A stretch of 64,000 nt of DNA, taken from assembly GCA_014729505.1 (NCBI GenBank), contig WJJS01000009.1, positions 970 to 64,969 on the forward strand. Direction: 5' to 3'. Below, piece by piece: positions 25,880 through 35,416 of this stretch. The notes beneath the pieces were generated by a model. That model did not search any database and was not told where the DNA came from. It was given only the letters and a program-made list of their open reading frames with translations. This DNA is from Candidatus Woesearchaeota archaeon (GTDB lineage: Archaea > Nanobdellota > Nanobdellia > Woesearchaeales > ARS49). A program made the translations under genes and the position numbers. Within the stretch, counting starts at the first letter, position 1, and each line of letters begins with the position of its first letter.

Positions 25880-28800
25880 ATGAACGCAAGCGAGAGTATG
25901 CGTGCATATTTTGCATGGATACAAAACAAAACAAAAGAGCAACACTCAATAGCTACACAAGCAAGAAAAAAAGGATATGACCCTGCAGACGAAGTAGAAG
26001 TCAGTCTAGCAGCAAATATGGCAGAACGAGTAGTGGGTCTGATCAGCGTACTAGCTCCACAACTCGTTGACAGTGGCGTTGTTGAACGTATCATTGAATT
26101 AGAAAAAGAATACAACGTCCTTGACTGGCGAGTAGCACTCAAAATAGCTGAAGAAATAGCACAACAAAAATTTTGTACTTTTGAAACACAAAAAGAAGCC
26201 ATAGAAATAGGTATACGCACAGGATTTGCTTATGTCACTGTCGGCGTTGTTTCAAGTCCATTGGACGGTCTTATCAATATCACATACAAGCAACGACTCG
26301 ACGGAAAAGGAGAATACTTCTGCCTCAATTTTGCAGGACCAATACGTAACGCAGGAGGGACTGCAGCGAGCGTATGTGTTATCATCGCAGATTATGTGCG
26401 CAATCAATTAGGCTATCAACCATATGATGCCACCGAAGAAGAAGCAAAAAGAGCATATGTTGAAGTCATCGATTACATCGAACGATGCGCACCACGACAA
26501 CATACACCTGTCGAACCAGAAATACTCTTTCTCATGAAACACATGCCAGTCGAAGTCAATGGCGATCCATCAGAACGATTCGAAGTCTCCAACTACAAAG
26601 ACCTTCCACGAATACCAACAAACATTATCCGAAGCGGATTTTGCCTAGTGATGAGTGATTGCATACCACTCAAGGCACCAAAACTCTGGAAACAACTCAA
26701 CAATTGGGGAGAAGAATTCAACATGTCACACTGGAACTTCCTCGAAGAATTTATCGCAATACAAAAAAAAGGAAAAGCACAAGGAGGAAAAAAGCAAGAA
26801 ACAGGAAAACTCACTCCCAACTATTCATATGTAAAAGATATCGTTGCAGGACGACCAGTACTTGGCTACCCCCTAGAACACGGCAGTTTTCGACTACGCT
26901 ACGGCAGATCCCGATTCTCAGGATACAGTGCTATAAGCATGCATCCGGCAACCATGGCCATACTCCAAGAATACATCGCGACAGGAACACAACTACGAAC
27001 AGAACGACCAGGAAAGGCAGCATCAATGACCGCTTGCGACACCATAGAAGGACCAATAGTAAAACTACGCACGGGTGACGTCATTCACGTACACACACTA
27101 TCGCAAGCACGACAACTAAAAGATATTGAAGAAATACTCTATCTAGGTGATGCACTTATTGCGTACGGAGATTTTTTCAACAGAGCAGCCACCATAGTGC
27201 CTGCAGGATACTGCGAAGAATGGTGGGCTCAAGAAGTAGAACAAGCCATTGTCAACAAATTTGGAACACTAGATCTTGAACGCGTAGCCGATTTCACACA
27301 AGTACCATTAAAAACACTCAAAACCATCACAGAACAACCAACACTGCGCATACCCGTCACACATGCCTGGTTACTTACCCAACACCTAGGTGTACCACTT
27401 CATCCACAAGCAACACCATTTTGGACAGCAATAAACACACCACAATTAGCACTGCTTTGTTCATGGATGTCAAAAGCAAGAACATACCAAGAACAAGAAA
27501 TCACCACCAAAATCGTTCTTCAAGCACAAGACAACGAACACAAAAGAGTGATAGAACTCCTTGGAATCCCGCACACCGTTGCTGCTGATCATTCGCTCGT
27601 ACTACAACAACCTTATGCACACGCCTTAGAACAAGTTCTAAAAAACGCAGTCATTAACGAAGAGAAAAGCGTATTAGAAAACATACAAGAAAACGCGCCA
27701 TTTACTGTTAGAGACAAAGCAGGAATTTTTATAGGATCACGAATGGGACGACCAGAAAAAGCAAAACAACGAAAAATGACAGGAAGCCCGCACATGTGTT
27801 TTCCAGTCGGTGATGAAGGAGGACGATTACGAAGTATACAAAGCTGTATGGAAAAACAAAAGATTACTTCAGATTTTCAAGATCACTACTGTCCCACATG
27901 CAATCATCACAGCGTATTTCGGACATGCGAACAATGCAAAGGACGAACAACACAACACTATTTTTGCCGCATCTGCAATGCATGGCAACCAGAAAAAACA
28001 TGTGAGAAACACGGACCAAACAGGACATACGCCAGACGATCAATAAGCATAGCACCAATAATGAGACACGTCCTCTCACACATTGGCATGCGCAATTATC
28101 CAGATCTCATAAAAGGAGTTCGAGGAACAAGCAACAAAAACCACACTGCAGAACATCTCGCAAAAGGAATACTTCGAGCAAAACACAACATCTACACCTT
28201 CAAAGACGGGACCACGCGATACGACATGACAGAATTACCTATGACACACTTCAAACCAAAAGAAATAGGAACAAGCATAGAACAACTGCAAGAACTAGGA
28301 TATGAAAAAGACATTTATGGAAAAACACTACACTCAGACGAGCAAATACTGGAAATAAAACCACAAGACGTCGTACTGCCACGAGGAATACACTCAGGAG
28401 AAGAAGGATGCGACACTGTTTTACTGCGCGTCGCACAATACTGCAATGATCTTCTTGAACAATTATACAAACTCAAACCCTACTTCAAAACAAAAGATCC
28501 ACATGACCTCGTCGGAGAACTCGTCATTTGTCTAGCACCACACACGAGTGCAGGAATGATAGGGCGCATCATTGGCTTTTCCTCAACACAAGGATTTTGG
28601 GCACATCCCTACATTCACGCAGCAACAAGAAGAGATTGTGACGGTGACGAATCTTGCGTTATGCTCCTCATGGACGCGTTTCTTAACTTCAGCAAAGAAT
28701 ACCTGCCACAAAGCAGAGGAGGTACTATGGATGCGCCACTCGTCCTAACAAGCATACTCACACCAGCAGAAGTCGACGACATGGCCTTTGACCTTGACAT

Positions 28801-29386
28801 TGTATGGCGTTACCCGCTAGAGTTATACGAAGCAGCACAAGAATATAAAAAACCATGGGATGTTTCACTAAAAATGATCAACAACACACTAGGAACGCCA
28901 GAACAATTTGAAGGAATGGGATTTACACATGACACTACAGACATGAATGAAACAGTACAATGCAGCGCGTACAAAACAATACCCAGCATGCAAGACAAAC
29001 TCAAAGGACAAATGGAACTCGCAGAAAAAATACGAGCAGTAAACTCAACACAAGTTGCCACACTCGTCATTGAAAAACACTTTCTTAAAGACAGCGCAGG
29101 AAACCTGAGAAAATTTACACAACAAACATTTCGCTGCGTCACGTGCAATGCAAAATATCGACGAGTACCGCTCATAGGAAAATGTACGACTTGTGGAGGA
29201 AAAATTATATTTACGGTAAGCAAAGGAAATATCATGAAATATATGGAACCAACACAAAGTCTGGCCAAAAAATACAACGTCAGCCCCTATCTACAACAAT
29301 CAATAGAACTATTACAGCGACGAATGGAAGGAATTTTTGGTCGAGAAAAAGAACAACAAACAGGACTAGGAGCGTGGTTTGGTTAA
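25880..29386 (+). CDS. DNA polymerase D large subunit (DP2)
   Basis: 1168 aa, colinear with DP2. It has several Cys4 zinc modules (CPTCNHH...CEQC, CRICNAW...CEKHG, CVTCNAKY...CTTCGG). It starts 1 nt after the DP1 stop. No intein-like insertion is seen. Confidence 0.9.
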   Translation: MNASESMRAYFAWIQNKTKEQHSIATQARKKGYDPADEVEVSLAANMAERVVGLISVLAPQLVDSGVVERIIELEKEYNVLDWRVALKIAEEIAQQKFCTFETQKEAIEIGIRTGFAYVTVGVVSSPLDGLINITYKQRLDGKGEYFCLNFAGPIRNAGGTAASVCVIIADYVRNQLGYQPYDATEEEAKRAYVEVIDYIERCAPRQHTPVEPEILFLMKHMPVEVNGDPSERFEVSNYKDLPRIPTNIIRSGFCLVMSDCIPLKAPKLWKQLNNWGEEFNMSHWNFLEEFIAIQKKGKAQGGKKQETGKLTPNYSYVKDIVAGRPVLGYPLEHGSFRLRYGRSRFSGYSAISMHPATMAILQEYIATGTQLRTERPGKAASMTACDTIEGPIVKLRTGDVIHVHTLSQARQLKDIEEILYLGDALIAYGDFFNRAATIVPAGYCEEWWAQEVEQAIVNKFGTLDLERVADFTQVPLKTLKTITEQPTLRIPVTHAWLLTQHLGVPLHPQATPFWTAINTPQLALLCSWMSKARTYQEQEITTKIVLQAQDNEHKRVIELLGIPHTVAADHSLVLQQPYAHALEQVLKNAVINEEKSVLENIQENAPFTVRDKAGIFIGSRMGRPEKAKQRKMTGSPHMCFPVGDEGGRLRSIQSCMEKQKITSDFQDHYCPTCNHHSVFRTCEQCKGRTTQHYFCRICNAWQPEKTCEKHGPNRTYARRSISIAPIMRHVLSHIGMRNYPDLIKGVRGTSNKNHTAEHLAKGILRAKHNIYTFKDGTTRYDMTELPMTHFKPKEIGTSIEQLQELGYEKDIYGKTLHSDEQILEIKPQDVVLPRGIHSGEEGCDTVLLRVAQYCNDLLEQLYKLKPYFKTKDPHDLVGELVICLAPHTSAGMIGRIIGFSSTQGFWAHPYIHAATRRDCDGDESCVMLLMDAFLNFSKEYLPQSRGGTMDAPLVLTSILTPAEVDDMAFDLDIVWRYPLELYEAAQEYKKPWDVSLKMINNTLGTPEQFEGMGFTHDTTDMNETVQCSAYKTIPSMQDKLKGQMELAEKIRAVNSTQVATLVIEKHFLKDSAGNLRKFTQQTFRCVTCNAKYRRVPLIGKCTTCGGKIIFTVSKGNIMKYMEPTQSLAKKYNVSPYLQQSIELLQRRMEGIFGREKEQQTGLGAWFG

Positions 29387-29676
29387 TGATCAACAGCGCC
29401 TAACGCATAAGGAATACCCTGAATATGCAAGACCTTGGTCTCATCAATAACACCCTCAACAATGCCAAGAGCAACAGACTTTTCACCAACTAGATTAACA
29501 GCATGAGCATTACGAACAAAATCACCTGCCTCTTGCTCAGTCATACGCTCTCCAGCATAAAAAGAAGAAGACAAATCAAGAATTTTGTCACCCTCCTCAT
29601 AACACTGCCCCATAAGATTCTCGTCGCAAACAGCTACAATCGTAGACTGATCCCTTTTATGAACGTTTACAATCAT
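29383..29676 (-). CDS. DUF424-like small conserved archaeal protein
   Basis: 97 aa. The pattern VAVCDENLMGQCYEEGDKILDLSSSFYAGE...NLVGEKSV...IQGIPYA matches my recollection of the DUF424 family that commonly follows aIF2-beta. There is an ATGA overlap with the upstream gene. Confidence 0.55.
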   Translation of the reverse strand: MIVNVHKRDQSTIVAVCDENLMGQCYEEGDKILDLSSSFYAGERMTEQEAGDFVRNAHAVNLVGEKSVALGIVEGVIDETKVLHIQGIPYALGAVDH

Positions 29677-30083
29677 ATTTTTGCTTTCACCTGCACCTTT
29701 TCACCACAAGCCTGACAATGAAGAAACATAAACATACCATCCTTTTTCATCACCGTTTCGGGCTTACCACATTTAGGACACAACACAAACTCATGAGCAT
29801 ATTGACGAATCTTAGCATTTATCCTTGAAGCAGGAATCTTTGCCTTAAGCACAACAAGACCAGATTTCTTCAATTCGCCAGACGTAGCAAGCTCACGAAG
29901 CAAGTACTTCAACATATGCTCGACAGGACGATGAAGATACTGAGAAATCTGAACAATATTAGACAAGACCGTTTTTACACCCTCAATATGACCACGAACC
30001 TTGGGAATTTCAAAACGTTCCTTTTCGTGAACAACCTCAGGCATACGATCCTTTGCACGCTTAAGCATCGAAGCATAATCCAT
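29673..30083 (-). CDS. translation initiation factor aIF2 beta subunit
   Basis: YASMLKRAKDRMPE...ERFEIPK, central domain LLRELATSG and a C-terminal zinc ribbon CPKCGKPET...CQACG. The start is set at ATG 30083 (MDYASML), 25.5 nt from the TATA centre. Confidence 0.85.
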   Translation of the reverse strand: MDYASMLKRAKDRMPEVVHEKERFEIPKVRGHIEGVKTVLSNIVQISQYLHRPVEHMLKYLLRELATSGELKKSGLVVLKAKIPASRINAKIRQYAHEFVLCPKCGKPETVMKKDGMFMFLHCQACGEKVQVKAKI

Positions 30084-30104
30084 AGTTCCCCAACCGAGGG
30101 AGGG

Positions 30105-30112
30105 TTTATAAA
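30105..30112. promoter_or_regulatory. shared palindromic TATA box (tttataaa) between aIF2-beta and the SpoIIM-like gene
   Basis: The box centre is 25.5 nt from the ATG at 30083 (-) and 26.5 nt from the ATG at 30135 (+). Confidence 0.5.
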
Positions 30113-30134
30113 TCTTCTGTACTTCCCATAACAC

Positions 30135-30977
30135 ATGGTCCTTGAATCACTGACGACACCACTCAAGTCCGTACAACACCCCTACCAATTATTCCTCGTC
30201 GGCTTCATCTATGCAACAGTAGGAATATTCTTATCATACTGGGTGTTTCGTGCACAAGCAGGAATAGTCATGGTTCTCTTCATCGTACTCATGTCAGTGC
30301 CACTCTTCTACCAAACAATGAAACGAGAAGAATCCCAAGTCATGAAGTATGCTAAAGAAAAAGACATACTGCATGCCCATGCACAAGTGGTACGGTTCTT
30401 TGTATTCTTTTTTATTGGACTCACCGTTGCCTTTGCATTGTGGTTCATTGTATTACCAAACGAAGTCGTCATCAATGTGTACAGCATACAAGCACAGACC
30501 ATCAGCTCCCTCAATCAACAAGTCACAGGAGGCGCAGCAGAAATAGGATTATTTTCAAGAATATTTTTCAACAATATGAAAGTACTCATCTTCTCACTGC
30601 TCTTCTCCTTCCTGTTTGGCAGCGGTGCGATCTTTATCCTTGCATGGAACGCTTCAGTAATCGGTACTGCAATGGGAAGCTTTTTTACCAGCACCTTACC
30701 CATATTACTCCATAAATCAATAAATGAAGCAGGAGCATATCTCATTGCAGGAGCACTCAGTCTCCTACGCTATTTTTTGCACGGCATACCAGAAATACTC
30801 GCATACTTTGTTGGAGGCATAGCAGGAGGAATACTCTCTGTAGCAATCATCAACAAAGATGTACTAAAAAGAACAGACAGAATACTAACCGATTTTTCAG
30901 ATCTCTTACTCATTGCACTGCTCTTCTTACTCGTCGCAGGACTGTTAGAAGTCTTTGTCACACCACTCTTTTTTTAG
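30135..30977 (+). CDS. SpoIIM/DUF95-like integral membrane protein
   Basis: 280 aa with about 6 TM segments. The motif NNMKVLIFSLLFSFLFGSGAIFILAWNASVIG resembles the DUF95 core. Confidence 0.5.
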   Translation: MVLESLTTPLKSVQHPYQLFLVGFIYATVGIFLSYWVFRAQAGIVMVLFIVLMSVPLFYQTMKREESQVMKYAKEKDILHAHAQVVRFFVFFFIGLTVAFALWFIVLPNEVVINVYSIQAQTISSLNQQVTGGAAEIGLFSRIFFNNMKVLIFSLLFSFLFGSGAIFILAWNASVIGTAMGSFFTSTLPILLHKSINEAGAYLIAGALSLLRYFLHGIPEILAYFVGGIAGGILSVAIINKDVLKRTDRILTDFSDLLLIALLFLLVAGLLEVFVTPLFF

Positions 30978-31531
30978 AGCAAACGAATCCTGCCGGGCTT
31001 AGTCTCAAAAATCTCACCAGCCATCAACAAGCGCTTAATAATCTCCTCGCCCTGCTCTCCAAGCTTTTCAATAAGCTCCTCCATATCAGCACCATCGCCT
31101 TTATCAGATTCATGAATTAAACGAAGAGCAGACTCATCAGGATCGCTATGATGCTCTTCAACAACAGAAGAGACGGGCAATTCCTCCAACTCCTTAGCGC
31201 GCACCTTCACCCACAAAGGATCCTCAATTTTCTTAATAATCTCAGGAAACACATATCGAGAACCATATTGTCGCACACGACCAATAACTACAACAATAGA
31301 TCCTACCTCCACATCATGATGAGCATCAAACCATTGCAACATTAATTGTCCAGTACCATCATCAATAGTGGCCATATTACTCTCTTTAAGAACACTAATC
31401 ACCGTTGCAATAATGTTTACACGAGAGACCTCTTCAGTACCAATACGAAGAAAAACCACATTTTCTTCCTGTTCAAGAGGAGCAGAAAGAACAGTGGAAA
31501 TCGTTGTTTTCAAAGCAGCCCGGCGGACCAT
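30974..31531 (-). CDS. RPA32/Stn1-like OB-fold protein with C-terminal winged helix (putative ssDNA-binding subunit)
   Basis: OB pattern VNIIATVISV...ATIDDGTGQLMLQW...GSIVVVIGRVRQY, an acidic linker, and a C-terminal wH (EIIKRLLMAGEIFETKPGRIRLL). Confidence 0.45.
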   Translation of the reverse strand: MVRRAALKTTISTVLSAPLEQEENVVFLRIGTEEVSRVNIIATVISVLKESNMATIDDGTGQLMLQWFDAHHDVEVGSIVVVIGRVRQYGSRYVFPEIIKKIEDPLWVKVRAKELEELPVSSVVEEHHSDPDESALRLIHESDKGDGADMEELIEKLGEQGEEIIKRLLMAGEIFETKPGRIRLL

Positions 31532-31594
31532 AGCACTACCCTGAGAAAAGTCGCCTTAAATACTTTTATATACTATAACCTGTTTATTCCACGC

Positions 31595-32713
31595 ATGGTT
31601 GACGACAGCCTGGTCGAGTATGTGCGCGACCTTCTAAAAAAGGGGTACAAAGAAGACTACATACGAGCCTTCCTACTAAAAAACGGATACAAGGCATCAC
31701 ACATTACGGCCACTTTTGCACAAGTAAAACAAAGAAAAATAAGCAAACCACTTCTCTACGGTTCAATAGGAGGAATAATCATTGTAATTCTTGTCACCAC
31801 CATCTTGTTATGGCCAAGCGGATCATCAAGAGCAACCATACAAGTAAGCATAGAAGGAACAACAACAATTGCACAAGGAGATACACTCTCATTTCATTCA
31901 ACACTTACCAGTACTGAAGACAGTCCAACACTAGTCACACTCAAATATGACATTATCGACGAAACAAACAAACCATTACAAAGCGCTCAAGACACTATAA
32001 CAGTGCGCGCATCAACAAAGCGAAGTGCAGAAATCACACTAAGCAGACAATTGGAACCGGGAACGTATTCTTTGCAAGTCACTGCAGGATACGACGAGCA
32101 ACACACACAAGATTCATACCAATTCACCATAACACCAGGAACACTCACAGGAGACGAACTGCACCTCGACACCTGCCCCTATGATTGTGACGACGGAGAC
32201 CCATGCACTACAGACCGCTGCGAAGATGGACGATGCGTTTATGTACGACAACAACCCTGTTGCGGAGACAACATATGTGAAGGCGAAGAATCCGTACTTA
32301 CCTGCAGCGAAGATTGCACAGCACGTGTACAGGAAGATCCCGATAATTATCAAGACAAGGCAATAGAACTTGCACGAACAAACAAGGCACAAGCAGCAAA
32401 CGAGTGCAACAAAATAGGACTACTCGATGAAAGAGATAGTTGCTTTTTAGCAGTTGCCGATGAAGCAAATGATCCTGTCTTTTGTGAACCACTCAGTTCA
32501 ATAAACCTCAAAGACAGTTGTTATCTCGGATTTTCCAAACACCCAGGAATCTGTTTGAAAATACAAGATGAACTCCTGAAATTACACTGTCAACAAGCAG
32601 TACAATTCAGTCGTGAAAACCCCATAACAATTTGCCAACAAATACAAGACGAAGAAGAACGACGAAACTGTGAAGGCGTGGCACGCGCAGCAGAAGAACG
32701 AGCAGCCGTCTAA
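31595..32713 (+). CDS. membrane-anchored extracellular Cys-rich protein
   Basis: The start is set at ATG 31595, where TATA-like boxes lie 20-35 nt upstream; the track start 31346 overlaps the RPA-like gene. Short cytoplasmic helix, TM LLYGSIGGIIIVILVTTILLW, beta-rich domain, then CPYDCDDGDPCTTDRCEDGRCVY... and RDSCF/KDSCY-type Cys repeats. Confidence 0.5.
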   Translation: MVDDSLVEYVRDLLKKGYKEDYIRAFLLKNGYKASHITATFAQVKQRKISKPLLYGSIGGIIIVILVTTILLWPSGSSRATIQVSIEGTTTIAQGDTLSFHSTLTSTEDSPTLVTLKYDIIDETNKPLQSAQDTITVRASTKRSAEITLSRQLEPGTYSLQVTAGYDEQHTQDSYQFTITPGTLTGDELHLDTCPYDCDDGDPCTTDRCEDGRCVYVRQQPCCGDNICEGEESVLTCSEDCTARVQEDPDNYQDKAIELARTNKAQAANECNKIGLLDERDSCFLAVADEANDPVFCEPLSSINLKDSCYLGFSKHPGICLKIQDELLKLHCQQAVQFSRENPITICQQIQDEEERRNCEGVARAAEERAAV

Positions 32714-34740
32714 ATGCGACTGATAAAACCCCTCTTAGGCTCAAACAAATCACCACTACGCTTTAATTTCTGAATAACCTCCTCCACTTCAGATTCTTGA
32801 ATACCCTTTTCACCAGCAGCAGTAACAATGTCCTCAAGAGGAATAACCTTACCAATCTTATTTTCAATATCTACAATAATCTCTTTTACAGTAATAATCT
32901 TAGAACGCTGAGATGCAGGCATATCAGTAGCGATACGATCAATATCAATAGTACCCGTTTCCTCATCAAGAGCCACCTGCTTAAGACAATAATCAAGAAG
33001 TTCAATAGCCTGCTTTGCATGCTCTGCAGTAACACAAGAACTCAAACGCAACTTTGCAGCCGCTTCAGACAATCGGACCAAACCTTCAAGTTGACGCGCA
33101 GAAATAGGAATGGATTTCACAACACCACCCTTAGTACCGCTACCACGCATCGTGACAAAATAACTCTGCAATTCCTCAATAGCCTCATCAGTAAGTACAG
33201 GAACACATTGCTGGCGCGCATACGCGATATATTTACGCAACAATTCAGTCTCAAGAGGAGGCTCGTCCTCGTCAGACTGATGCTGCCCCAGAATAAAACC
33301 AGCAAGACGAGCATCCTTTTCCTTATCCGGTAAATCCTTGATGGGAAAAATAAGATCAAAACGATTCACAAGCGTAGAAGGAAGATTAATCTGACTAGCT
33401 ACCGTATCAAAAGGATCAAAACGTCCAAACTTAGGATTAGCAGCAGCGAGAATAGTTGTCTCACAACGCAAAGAAGCCTGAATATTTGCCTTACTAATAG
33501 AAACACTCTGCTGCTCCATCGCCTCATGCATAGACCAAGTATCCTCCTTAGTCATCTTATCAAGCTCATCAATACAACACAATCCTTTGTTAGCAAGCAC
33601 CAACGCTCCAGCCTCCAAACTCCACCCTTGCAAAAATTCATCTTTAACCACTGTTGCTGTTAAACCAGTACCACTCGCTCCACGACCAGAGACAAAACGA
33701 GCCTTAGGCGCAACAACAGACTGACGCTTTAGCATTTGAGATTTACCACCACCAGGATCACCGATGAGCAACATATGAATATCACCGCGAATAGTAATAC
33801 CGGACTTCTTCTGTTTTTGCACACCGCCAAGCATCTGCAAAATAAGAGCCTTCTTAATCATGTCATGACCATAAATAGACGGAGCAATAGAATCAACCAT
33901 CTTCTTCCACAACTGAGAATGTTTACTAAGCTCAATGATTTGCTTTTCTTCACTCTCAGAAATCTTAATATCACTAAGATCCTGTTCAACAGGTTCAACA
34001 TGATTAACCTCAAACAACAGATCAAACCTCGTCGCCTGACCACCAGTTCGAAGCGTGATAGGAACCTCCTTAATCACGCCCGTCACCTTAATACGCGCAC
34101 CGGGATTAGTACGCGATTCAGTCAACGGACTCACCAAATCCTTAGTAAGAAACGTATCAATACGCTTAGGTTGTGCACCACCCTCCAATTGTTCAGGAAT
34201 CTCTTCGAGCTTGATCATCTGCGCATCAACAAGCTCCTTGTTAAGAATGCGAAATTTACCCTTTCGACCACAACTGCATTTCGTTGGTTCCTTAAACTTC
34301 TTATCAACTTGAATAACTGCAAGGACATTACCACAACTAGGACACTCAAATTTAGCACTTGTCACCTGCGGACGCACATCACTCTTTTGCCGCACAATAC
34401 CCTCTATTAGAAAGAACTTATTGAGATGCTTGCTGCGGATATTACGAATATACATCTCGCAGGTCTTTGCAGGTAAATTATGTACGCGAACAACAGTGGA
34501 CTTGGCCTTTTCATTAATACTGCCACAAGCAATCTCTGCAGCCTTTAACACCTCTTCAGGCTGATCAAGAAGCAAATCAGCAAGTTCCGGTTCAAAAGTA
34601 ATGAGATCGCGGAAATTAATATTAAGAAAACCAAATCCCTTACGCGCGTTTTCGAGCAATTCTGCTAGGTAATTTACAGTAATAAAATCAGTAAACTTCT
34701 GCACCATTACTGCAGCGTCCATCGTAGACTGCTCGCTCAT
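32710..34740 (-). CDS. mcm: MCM replicative helicase
   Basis: N-terminal zinc motif CPSCGN...CSCG, Walker A IHMLLIGDPGGGKSQ, Walker B CCIDELDKM, arginine finger region SARQLEGLVRLSEA, and a C-terminal wH. Confidence 0.9.
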   Translation of the reverse strand: MSEQSTMDAAVMVQKFTDFITVNYLAELLENARKGFGFLNINFRDLITFEPELADLLLDQPEEVLKAAEIACGSINEKAKSTVVRVHNLPAKTCEMYIRNIRSKHLNKFFLIEGIVRQKSDVRPQVTSAKFECPSCGNVLAVIQVDKKFKEPTKCSCGRKGKFRILNKELVDAQMIKLEEIPEQLEGGAQPKRIDTFLTKDLVSPLTESRTNPGARIKVTGVIKEVPITLRTGGQATRFDLLFEVNHVEPVEQDLSDIKISESEEKQIIELSKHSQLWKKMVDSIAPSIYGHDMIKKALILQMLGGVQKQKKSGITIRGDIHMLLIGDPGGGKSQMLKRQSVVAPKARFVSGRGASGTGLTATVVKDEFLQGWSLEAGALVLANKGLCCIDELDKMTKEDTWSMHEAMEQQSVSISKANIQASLRCETTILAAANPKFGRFDPFDTVASQINLPSTLVNRFDLIFPIKDLPDKEKDARLAGFILGQHQSDEDEPPLETELLRKYIAYARQQCVPVLTDEAIEELQSYFVTMRGSGTKGGVVKSIPISARQLEGLVRLSEAAAKLRLSSCVTAEHAKQAIELLDYCLKQVALDEETGTIDIDRIATDMPASQRSKIITVKEIIVDIENKIGKVIPLEDIVTAAGEKGIQESEVEEVIQKLKRSGDLFEPKRGFISRI

Positions 34741-34763
34741 ATACCCCCCACATTCTCAAGGAT

Positions 34764-35354
34764 TTATCTGACTTTCTTTAAATTTACGATCAATTTTTCG
34801 ACCGCAGCGTGCACGTCATCCTCGCTTTTTGTGCCCGTACAGACAATTTTTCCATTAGAGAACAGTAAAAACGTAGCATTCGTGTTCGGCAATTTATATA
34901 CTAAGCCCGGAAACTGTTCAGGCTCGTATTCAGTGTTATCAAGTTTCATTGCCAGCGTATTGAGATTAAGATCCATTCCAATACTGCCTGAAGCCACAAT
35001 GTTTTGAATGTTAATTTCAGGAAACTCCTTGATTTTGACATTAATCTTTTCAAGACTCTTGATAATCTTCTTTACCGACTCGTGCACCTTTTCCATGCTA
35101 CGAGCGCCAGTACACACAATTTTTCCACTACTAAAAATAAGCGCAGACGTCTTAGGATCCTTAATACGAATCACAAGACCCGGAAATTGCTCAGGATTAT
35201 ACTCCGTATTGCTCAAGGTAGCAGCCATTTTTTCCAAAGGAATATCATGACCAAGCGATGCAGAAACAACAATATTGACAATAGTAACTTCCTTTTTACC
35301 AGTAGATTTTTTGACTTTCTTAACGGCTTTCAGTGCCACAGCAAACACCCCCAA
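34764..35354 (-). CDS. tbp: TATA-box binding protein
   Basis: Two direct repeats: IVNIVVSASLGHDIPLEKMA...YNPEQFPGLVIR...FSSGKIVCTGARS and IQNIVASGSIGMDLNLNTLA...YEPEQFPGLVYK...FSNGKIVCTGTKS. The start is TTG (no upstream ATG). It lies 23 nt upstream of mcm. Confidence 0.9.
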   Translation of the reverse strand: MGVFAVALKAVKKVKKSTGKKEVTIVNIVVSASLGHDIPLEKMAATLSNTEYNPEQFPGLVIRIKDPKTSALIFSSGKIVCTGARSMEKVHESVKKIIKSLEKINVKIKEFPEINIQNIVASGSIGMDLNLNTLAMKLDNTEYEPEQFPGLVYKLPNTNATFLLFSNGKIVCTGTKSEDDVHAAVEKLIVNLKKVR

Positions 35355-35366
35355 TGCTGAATAGTA

Positions 35367-35383
35367 TTTATAAAGTTTATAAA
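35367..35383 (-). promoter_or_regulatory. tandem TATA boxes (tttataaa g tttataaa) upstream of tbp
   Basis: Two perfect palindromic octamers at 35367-35374 and 35376-35383. The distal one is centred about 26 nt from the TTG start at 35354. Confidence 0.45.
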
Positions 35384-35416
35384 CCGTTCTCCTTTAAATA
35401 GTTTTGCTTTTAAGCG

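Noticed and set aside
31346-31594. 83-aa upstream extension of the Cys-rich membrane protein ORF.
   Set aside because: It fully overlaps the 5' part of the RPA32-like gene on the other strand and translates to low-complexity sequence. ATG 31595 has TATA-like boxes just upstream.
33736-34410. 224-aa plus-strand ORF inside mcm. Similar long antisense ORFs occur at 32797-33333, 11394-12011, 14413-15003, 45467-45979, 49875-50402 and 35540-35977.
   Set aside because: They lie antisense to genes with unambiguous conserved motifs. Their translations are low-complexity (N/K/R/L/T/H-rich) mirror products of the AT-biased coding strand. They have no motifs and no promoter at the usual spacing.
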